NCBI GenBank assembly: GCA_907165135.1
Contig: OU015566.1
Location: 9,176,001-9,240,000, forward strand
Reading direction: 5' to 3'
Origin: Oikopleura dioica
Lineage: Eukaryota; Animalia; Chordata
Length of the DNA: 64,000 nucleotides
Position 1 is the stretch's first letter. Each line of letters begins with the position of its first letter. A model generated the notes under the pieces. That model was not told the origin of the DNA, searched no databases, and was given only the letters and a program-made list of their open reading frames with translations. Positions 51,601 to 61,032 of the stretch are shown piece by piece. The translations under genes and the position numbers were made by a program.

Positions 51601-54600
51601 TCGTCTATCGTCGAAAAGGCGCTTTTCTAGCTCCACTCACGTCATCCTCTTTCCTGAGTCAAATTTTCATACTCCCACGAGTTCCACGAGAGTTTCCAGT
51701 AAAACAGCAAAGATGAGATAGCGTCTGTTAAAAAGTGCGCACAAAATCGCGGCAGATAAATCAAGCGCGACACGTTGAGCCAATTCTATTTGAAATTTAG
51801 AACAGTTATCAATCAACGAAAATGACAGCCCTTAATTCATAAAAGGGGCAATTATGTTACGATACAAGAAGAATGTTCTTTCAGACGTAATAATGTAACC
51901 CATGAATTTAAGCGAGGGATCTGAAAACGCTATTTTTGAGCAAAGTATTCTCCTTAATTTAAGATAGTGATACTGATACCCTTATCCGTTCATGCTCGAA
52001 TGCTTGAAAATCTGTCTCACGAAATTCATCTTCAATTAAAGAGCGCGGCTTACGATTCAGCTGAGTTGTATGATGCATCTTCAACGATATCCGCTGGATA
52101 CACAAAATTGCACTTTGGAAATCGAGTCATGTAGGTTCAATCAATTATTTTTTTTTGCATTTTGAAAACAGGATCGCTCAATCTCTAAAACGCGTAAAGA
52201 AAGAATTACGCGGATAGAAAGACGTGGCCAATTGACCATGAGGCAAGCTTAATCCCGGATTATCATTGCAGCTTATTACCAAGATGCGAGCTTCGCGATA
52301 ATTTTAATGAAATAGATTTATTCCAAATTATTTGCGGCTTTCAATAACTGTCGAATAATGAGATAAATGCTGAGGGTACATTTTTAATTGCCTATTTCTC
52401 GAAAATAGACATAAAAAATGCACTTTAATTATTCTTTTGACCGCGCAACAAATACCTTATTACTTTTCAACTCAAAAAACTTCTGGGCCAACCAAAGCCC
52501 CAACAACAAAAATTAATGAGTAAATTCCATTCCAGCGAGATGCAAAAGTCGGAACAGAGTGGATGTTCGTTAGGAGTCGCTCAATGCTGTTTCCGTTTCT
52601 GTTTTTAAATATTTAAATAATCGAATTTTGAAGATGGATACGCCGCGGATGACCTTAAGCTTTCAATGCTTGGTGGAAGGAACATGTTCAACATGCAATT
52701 TTTTCGAAGGGAGTTCCCTTAAGTTTTGAACATAAAAAAGCCAGGAAAAAGCAGTGACTGGAATTGACAATCTTCATCTTTCACAATTCGAGGTATTTTG
52801 CTTATCTAAGGAACCACCCTTATTCGACTCGGCGGCTTTAGAAAGTCCGGAAATTTATCCGTTGGTTACATAAGTTTTCCCTTCTTGAGTATTACAAGAT
52901 TATTTTGTGGCTTCTTGGTTCCACCTTGATTTTAATTGGCAAACATGAGGCGAAAAATGACCGTAACAGATTTGGCTGGTTTGAGCTCTAAAGCGTAATG
53001 CTACGCATCCGACTAAGAACCGAGCCATGTAAAAATATCATTTTCCTTTCTTATCGCCAACGTGAAATCATTAACAAGCTGCTTGCTTTTTCTAACGTAA
53101 ATGCAATTAAGAAACCCAATCCCTCGCTTTGAACTTCAAACAAACCAGGCCTCAGTTATTGCTGATTTTAGGAAATGATCTTTTTGTTATTCGCGAACGG
53201 CAAAAATGAAACACTTGTTCATCAAACTCTGCCTTTCATTTTATATGTATTTGTAAAGTATAGCTTTTCAGTAACTAACTAAGCGGGGAATAACAAGATT
53301 GTTATAGAAAGCGTCTTCCATTTTCACGAGTTTGATAGAGCAAAAGATTTCGATTTTCGCGGTTTTCGCTCTCCTCAAAGAGAGGCAAAATCGCTCGATT
53401 CTACAGAAAGAATCAATTATACGTTTCATAAAAAATGCTCAAAATCAGGAAATTCACCATAACAAGACTTGTTTCATTACAAAGGAATCAAAGAAAAAGT
53501 GATCTGAAAAATTAAGAATTATAAAAAGAAAGTTTTGCTTTTTAGAGCCACATCTTTAAAAAATCAGCGAGCGAAGTTTTTTATTTCAAAATCTGTTGAC
53601 GTTTTGGCTCCAGTATTAGTCCGATAGAATGTCTTTGCGGTCAGCAAAGATTCCCGATTACGTAATCGCTCCGGAAATCAGCGGATAAGTTGACACCGGA
53701 AAAACCTAAGGATAAGCCGGCCAACCTAGCTCCCTAAAAAGAACTCATCCCGACCTTCTTACCAAAGCTTATTTCTTAGGTTACCGACTTCCAATTTGAA
53801 TATCGACTGCAAAACTTCTCCACTGGATCGTATCCGCGTCTTTCTCTTAGTAAGCATTGGAGTATTTATTTACCACGTGAGATCCTTCTCCCCTTGACCC
53901 ATTTGTTTAGAGTTCAGACTCAAACGGAACATCGGCTATTTTCTCCTCCAAACGTACATGCCGTGCTCGTTGATAACGATTCTCAGGTGAGTCAAAAATT
54001 TTGTCAACTTGGAAGGCGATTTTGACACACGTTGAATGGCAAAGATAAGCGCTCCTTAACTTTGGTTTGAAAAATAGGAAACTTTAATTAATCCACCTGG
54101 GGGCCCTTGGTGATTTTGATAGATAACCGCATTAAATGGTTTTAATTCTTGCTGAGCTTGAAAATGTGATTTAATCTTAATTCAAGAGTCATTCAAGAAC
54201 AAATTTCTAAAAAATAATCGAACAATTGCATCACATTTCTTATCAAATAAGCTTCAAATTATCTAATAATTATGGTCATGATTTGTGATTTCTGATTTTA
54301 GCTGGATCTCTTTCTGGATCAATTACGAAGCAACAGCCGCTCGAGTTTCTCTCGGAATCACGACAGTTTTGAAAAGGAAAGGGCATCAACTCTGTAATTT
54401 TGTTGTCTGCAATTTTTCTGTAACGAAGCATTTCCGCATTCTGCTGAGCCAATTTCGCTGCGTGGGGCTGAGCAGGTGGCGATGCCTTTTTGAGGGTGGA
54501 ATGTGGTCCTATGCGTTTTTTCTTAGACACAAAGCGTTTCTGATCATAGAGTTAGACAATGACGACTATTTCGACAAACGTGAGAGCTTCGTTGCCTAAG

Positions 54601-57600
54601 ATCCCGGATATCAAGGCCTTAGGTAAGCTTTTACTTTTTTTATTACGATGATTCTTATTGATGGCCCTTGATACCTTTTTAGATGTCTACATGCTGGGAC
54701 GGGTCGGCTCGTTGAACGTATGTATGTTTTTTTGAAAGTGTTTGAAAAGAGCGAGTCACTCAATCACTCGCGATATGGACGAGCCGACGTAAGATCTGTT
54801 TCGTTTTCGTCTTTATGGCGCTGCTAGAATATGCGCTCGTTAAGGGGATCAACGTCATTATAGAACGTCGCGCCAAAACAACTGTAATGCGTCTCAAAGA
54901 GACTGTGACGCCTTCTTTTGTCAGTTTGATATTGAAAGTTCAACTTAAAAAATGAGACCTTAGTTTATCAAAAAAATTGTGAGCAAAATTTCGTAACCTC
55001 CGATGAGGGGTATCAACCCGAAATTTCGTCATCATTGATTTCGGAAAACCACAACGTGGCCTTGATAAGTCTAGCCAAGTGATAAGAAGGGGTCTCTTAT
55101 CCCTTCGCTTCTCTTTCCGCCAAATATTTACTCGGCATGAAACCTGGACCCGTGCTAATTAGAATGGCAGAGATGTCGAGATAGCCACTAATTGCCCGTA
55201 AATACCAATAACAGGCCCAGTTCTAGCGCAGATAACTATTCAATCACTTTTGCAAGGTGTCAAAAATTCACACGCGGCTGACGTTTGGCACCCGTTCGAC
55301 ACGTTTCCGATTTTACCGTAAAAAGGCATCGTTGATCCCCATTTTCGTTAACTACACCTTTTTTGGAAAGAAGGCTCGAGTGGCGAAAAAGAAATTAAAA
55401 GAGTCCCTAAGGTGAGTACCGTTTTCATTTTGATATCCAGCTGCGGGCTGAGCAAACCCTTCACTTTTACTGGAGCTTGTCTAGATTGTCTGACAGCTAG
55501 GATACATACAGTTCTTTCCGTTTACAAATTGACATGACCCAGATGAGAAAAAAGACTATTAGTGTTTGGGAAAATTCTCTCCAAAAATGTAGAATTTCTT
55601 CATCTTTTTTGCAACTCAATGAGAAAGAAATGATAGTTTCTAATTTTAGATTATTTCGTCACTCATTTTTAGACAACGAGAAATCGAAAAGGCTCAAGAA
55701 AGAGCTCAGCGGAATGCCCAAAGGATGGGCATACCTTACAGCACGACGGAATTCGAAGGTAAGACTGTATCACCTTTAGAAAGCGTAAACTGATTCGCCT
55801 GGAATAGAGGTAAATTTAATCCTACTCATTCGTCTCTCCTGTATATTTCTTGAACGGCTAAGCTCCTGTGGAGGTTATTTTCATTTAATTTCAATAGTCC
55901 AAATCAGCACTTTCCCGCTCATCCCTTTTTGATCCGTCTCGCACTGTCTCTCCACGTTTCTCCGTCTCCCAGTCGCCCAAACAACTAAATTTAAGAAAAA
56001 AAAGACAAAAAATGAGCCAGTAATTGGATACTTTGACTTCCGCTCAAGAAAAAAAAAGAACTTCAAATGAGGTTTTCCGTGAATTTTGGTCATGCATTCA
56101 GAAATGAACATTTCAAAGAAATTTTTACAGTAAATTTGGAAAATTGAATTACCGGAAATTTCAGCGAGACTTGATGGATATTTATCTAAAGATCCAAGAC
56201 GGGAAAATTTAAGGGCCCGCTGAATAAACAAAGCCCCAGCTAAATGATAAAATTTTGTTTTCACGGAAAAACATCGTGACAGGCCGGTGACGTGTTGAAC
56301 TTTTTGACTTTTGAAAGATGACTAAGAAGGTTACAGTAAATGTTCCGCAATTGCATAATTGGGCGATGACGTTTTGATTTTTAGAAAAACTCGATGGCGG
56401 CCGAAATATGCTCCTAAGTGGGGATATCAACAAACCATAAATTAAGACACTCTTAGCATCCCTAGTTTACCCTTGCTTTGTTCTGATGTTATCATCTAAA
56501 AGTCGCTTAATTCTGTATATACTACTAAATACCGCTACTAAATACCGCGCTCCTGTAATCCCTAAGTGGCAGAACGGGTAGGTTATCTTGGTCATCGGAA
56601 GAAAAGCAAACAGCTTCATTTACCTGTTGCATCAGAAATTTCATAAACTCTCAGAGCAACATGACTTCGCCGTTAATTAACTAGGCGTAAAACTCCCTTT
56701 CTTTTTCTCGCGTTACGATATTAACCGTAGTATTATCTCAAAATTCGGCCACCTATAGCCGAATTATTCGTCAATATTTTCAATAATTCTTAATGAAAAA
56801 TTCGGCCAAATTGACCGAATTATTGGGCGGATTCTACAAAGTATTTTGGTGAAAAATTCGGCCAGTGAAATTCTCCGTGGACAGTCATTTTTCTTTTTTG
56901 AGGGCTTTCGCAATCGCTATGAATGCTTGTTATCAATTCTGATAATTTGATTTTTTAGGACATTAACCGGACTTATCATTACCACAAGAATTCCGGTCGA
57001 CCTCTTTCTAATAGCAACTGGTCTGCGGCGCAGACTCTGCGCAGTAAGAGCTAGTTGCAGCTCCCGAGGACTTTTTTTTGATAAGAAAATTAAGATCGTA
57101 GTATTCGCTAAAATAAAGGTTAGGGTTAGGGGGCACCTGCAAAAATGACGGAACAAATTACCCGAGGGGGATAGGGTAACCCTAACTAACCCTAGACTAG
57201 ACCCCGGCATCTTAGGACCGAAGGGGCGGAGCCCCGAGGTAAGGAACCATTAGATTGGATACTTTTTTACTGATAAAATGGAGACTCTTAATAAACGAGT
57301 GGCTTTATAGGGGCGCTGCCTTTACTCTTGGGGGCCGAATTATTCATTCAAAATATGAGTATATGAAAATTCGGCATTTGGCCGAATTTTGAGATCATAC
57401 TACCATATTAACGCCGATCCTGCGGCTCATTAGCGATCAATTAGTCAAAGCTCCTAATTTGAAAGACTCACTTCTCAAATCCAATTGCAGATAGAGGCTA
57501 GAAAGTTCGAATTGGAGCGCTAGAAAATGATTCTAAACGGAGATGGTATAGGATTTGAAAGCCCAAATAATTAGGTGACGCGGTCTGTTACACGAAGAGG

Positions 57601-58119
57601 GGAAATAGGCGCGATCCAATTTTTGGTCGGGGATTATGAGAGGAGTGGACCTATGAAATTGGCTTACTTGGGTCGTACTGACTCAACTTGTGACAGTTTC
57701 TTTCTTTCAGTTTCATCAATTAGGCAAATAAGGAAGATATTAAATTTTGGGCAGGATACCCTTAAGTTAAACCTCCTCAAACTCCGTAGAATTACACGAA
57801 TATGAACTTTTTCTTAATGAACTTTCCTCGTGAGTAGGTAGACTTTCGCAAAAGATGTTCCCCACGTAGGAGTGTAAAAGTGTGAGATAAGAAAAAGATT
57901 AAAAAGCTTGATATCCCGAATCGTGGACACCGAACAGCTCAATCAACGCGGCGAGACACGACTTCACGAGTGCCCTTCGCAGCTGCGCGGAATACGTTCA
58001 ATGTTCAGTTTCCAGTCATCAAGGACGTCTCGATCATTGACAGAGTCTCCAGAGTTGTCTTTCCGTTCACATTCATTATTTTCAACATCATTTACTGGAC
58101 TTATTACATCTTTTTCTAA
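45615..58119 (+). CDS. GABRB: GABA-A receptor beta-like Cys-loop anion channel subunit
   Basis: About 20 exons from 45615-45713 (signal peptide) to 57907-58119. Motifs: [10 protein letters not shown] (47909-47953), [47 protein letters not shown], Cys loop [25 protein letters not shown]1 ([13 protein letters not shown]), M2 ([19 protein letters not shown]), M3 ([17 protein letters not shown]), M4 ([21 protein letters not shown]). The M3-M4 loop exons and the subunit class are less certain. Confidence 0.92.
50126..50197 (+). tRNA. tRNA-Asp(GTC), inside an intron of the GABA receptor gene
   Basis: TCCGTGTTAGTATAGTGGTGAGTATTCCCGCCTGTCACGCGGGCGACCGGGGTTCGATTCCCCGACACGGAG (72 nt), followed by an oligo-T terminator. 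Confidence 0.95.
54844..55340. mobile_element. TTAA-adjacent TIR element that forms an intron in GABA receptor M3
   Basis: Perfect 11-bp TIR GGGGATCAACG / CGTTGATCCCC. Direct repeat TCGTTAA at 54837-54843 and 55345-55351. Confidence 0.6.
56725..57405. mobile_element. Intronic TIR element with AATTCGGCC subterminal repeats
   Basis: GTAGTATTATCTCAAAATTCGGCC at the left end pairs with GGCCGAATTTTGAGATCATACTAC at the right end (1 mismatch). Several AATTCGGCC/GGCCGAATT copies lie inside each arm. Confidence 0.65.
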
Positions 58120-59157
58120 CTGCATAAAACAAGCTCATCCAAGATCAAGAATTGAACTTCGTTTTTTCCATTTTTTTCTTGAGAAAAAACCGTAGTGAAA
58201 CCGAAAATATAGCTCAAGTCAAAGTGGCCATTGAGAAAGAAGCTAATAGGATTAGCCACGATTTCTTGCGTGTTCTGTTGTATTTATGCACTCTCAAATA
58301 TACGGAGATTCTAGCTCTCCCGCAGCTTCGGTAGCAAATGCTATTGCAACTGAACATTGTGGTTTGCAGAGGGATTACTGTTGTTTGATTTTAATCCAAA
58401 GATAGCGGTTTCTTAGTGCTTTCGATACACATCAGCAGGATTTCTTCACTAACCGCATTGACTCAATATTATTCAGAATAAAGCATACTAAAATCCAGAG
58501 AAACAAACCCACATCATTTTCCCATTACTTTTAACCAGGCAAAGTTATTGAGTAACATTTTGTTCAGCAGATGTGAAATTATTGGTTTTCATTAATGCCT
58601 GCCAGTTTGCTGCCTGCGCAATAATGATTACTTTCGCGCGAGTGAAATATAATTGGAGCGACAGATTAGACAGTTGCGCTGAGGGAAGATCTCACTGCCT
58701 TCTGAAGCAAGCACGCGCCGAATGAATATTTAAATTTTGATCTCTTTTTTGTTTCTCGGCCTTTTTCTTTGCCTCGACCCTTCATCCCGGGATCCAATCT
58801 TCAGTTGCATATTTGAGCATATGCTTTTCCTCACAATAGACTATGGGCGGCAGCGAGAGTACTGACTAAATTCCCGAATAAAGCGAGAAATAATTTTTCA
58901 GGTGTTGAACGACCGAGAGAAGGCGACCCATGCTGCGGCGAGGCGCGAGATGGAGACTTTCCTGTTTTAAAAGGTTCACCGAGTATCTATTATTCAGGCA
59001 ATTTGGCTTGAGCTGATGATGATAATAGAAAACAGACGGGGGATACGGTGTTAATTCTATCATCATCAGGGTGTCTGGTAGACAGGGGGTCTGAAAGTAA
59101 GACAGTTGTTATTAACATTTTTATTTGTTTCATTCGAGGACGGGAAAATGATTTTGA

Positions 59158-59803
59158 ATGGTTGACTGGGACTGACGACTAGGTTCGTGAGGACTAGGTT
59201 CGTGTGACTAGGTTCGTGGTGGGTTCTGCCAGAGTATTGAAATGGGCTTATATTTTATATAGAAAAATTTTGGGGCAGTAAGGGAAATGGCTTGATGACT
59301 AGGTTCGTGTGACTAGGTTCGTGAAATTTTATATAGAAAAATTTTGGGGCAGTAAGGGAAATGGCTTGATGACTAGGTTCGCGTGACTAGGTTCGTGAAA
59401 TTTAAAATAGAGAAAATGTGGGACTATATTTGCCAAATAAGTATCCCACCCCCACCCTCCCCGTATGAGCCGCTAGGCTTAACACGCAGCATAACATTCT
59501 AAAAGTAAATAAAATTAAGTTCTATTTCTTTCTAAACATCAACCGAACCTAGTCTTCACGAACCTAGTCCCACGAACCTAGTCTTCACGAACCTAGTCCC
59601 ACGAACCTAGTCATCACGAACCTAGTCATCAACCCATTTCCCTTACTGCCCCAAAATGGAGAAGATACAAAAAATACATATAAAAGTCCAAATTTCACGA
59701 ACCTAGTCACACGAACCATTTTTTCCAACATGGCACCCACGAACCTAGTCACACGAACCTAGTCCTCACGAACCTAGTCATCGGTCTCGGTTGACTCAAC
59801 CAT
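59158..59803. mobile_element. Fold-back element built from ~15-bp GACTAGGTTCGT repeats
   Basis: About 7 GACTAGGTTCGT units on the left and about 10 inverted ACGAACCTAGTC units on the right. Ends are ATGGTTGA / TCAACCAT. There is an internal ~74-bp tandem duplication (59253, 59327), and part of it (GGGGCAGTAAGGGAAATGG) recurs inverted at about 59632-59657. Confidence 0.75.
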
Positions 59804-61032
59804 GTTGAGAGGATGAATTTTTGAGTAGGAAAACAAAAATATTTTGTACTGAAAAGCCTTTCTCTTTTGATGAAATCATTTTCCAGCTGAAAAAATTCAT
59901 GGAAGTGCTGTTTTTCGATAAGGTGATAATACAGTCGAATCAGCTTCTGTCAGATATTTACTGAAGCACTTCAATATCTCATCAAGCCTTCTTGATGAGC
60001 GAATAGGAGAGTGTGGTTTAACACTGATATTGACCAAATCTATATTTTGTGTATGATGTATTACTGGCGCGGTATATGATGTCTTATATCATCGGCCTAA
60101 TGAATCGATTGATAAGTTTTTTCAGCGTTCCTTCTTTTTTCTTTGTATCTATCTGTGGAACAATATTTTCAAACCGGGCAGAATGAAAAAGGGATCGATA
60201 GCGCACGTCAAACAGTAGAAGACAGAGTGTTTTGTCTTAGTCTTACCACTTTGCAACCTTTCTTTTCTTTTTTATAATGCAACTGGGCGCCCGCCGATTT
60301 TTTAAAGAGAGACTTGATCACATTTAAGACCCCTGGGGCTCCAAAATCTGGGAGTACTCCTTGTTGATTGCAATGATGACCGCCTCCGCCAAGTTTTTAC
60401 GAATCATTTTTCCTTTTAGCTACAATTTAAATAAGATCGTTGTCACTTTGATTGAATTTAAAGCGAAAATTTGGAAGCAATTTGAGATCCTTAATTTGAA
60501 CTTTTAGCTTTTAAATATTTGAGAAGCGTATCCCCAGTAAAATAGAATACCAGATCTATCCTGCATATAATATGGCATGCGTGTTCACGCAGAAGCGTTG
60601 TATACGAAGATAGATTAAAATATGCGCGCATCAGACACCCCCACGTTAGGCTGTATCAAGTAATAGAACGAGCTAGTCCATTATTTTTTAAACAGTGCCA
60701 TCGATTGTTACACCATGGAGCTCGAAAGAGTGTTTCGGCATCAATTAGGGCTAGATCAGAGCTTTTATAAAGGATTATTTTTATTTCGCCAAAAGAAATT
60801 TTAAAGAGAAAACGCAGCATTTTTTCACAACAGTGAATTTTGAAAATTGAAATCATGGAAGAGACCAAATCTTTTCGCACAAATTTTAACAAAAATAAGC
60901 GGGTTGAAATTGGAATGCATATTTTGATTCAGTCGAATCGATTTTTTGCCATTATGAATATATTGAATATAAAAAAAATGCTTTATAACTTATAAAAAAA
61001 AACGTGGGCTGACATTCTGTGACAATTTAGAC

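Noticed and set aside
57120-57135. TTAGGG telomere-like repeats (also near 14440 and 31870)
   Set aside because: Only one or two units at each site, which is too short for an interstitial telomere.
59545-59780. ACGAACCTAGTC repeats as a CRISPR array
   Set aside because: The linkers are only 2-3 nt and the repeats mirror an inverted arm, so this is a fold-back repeat.
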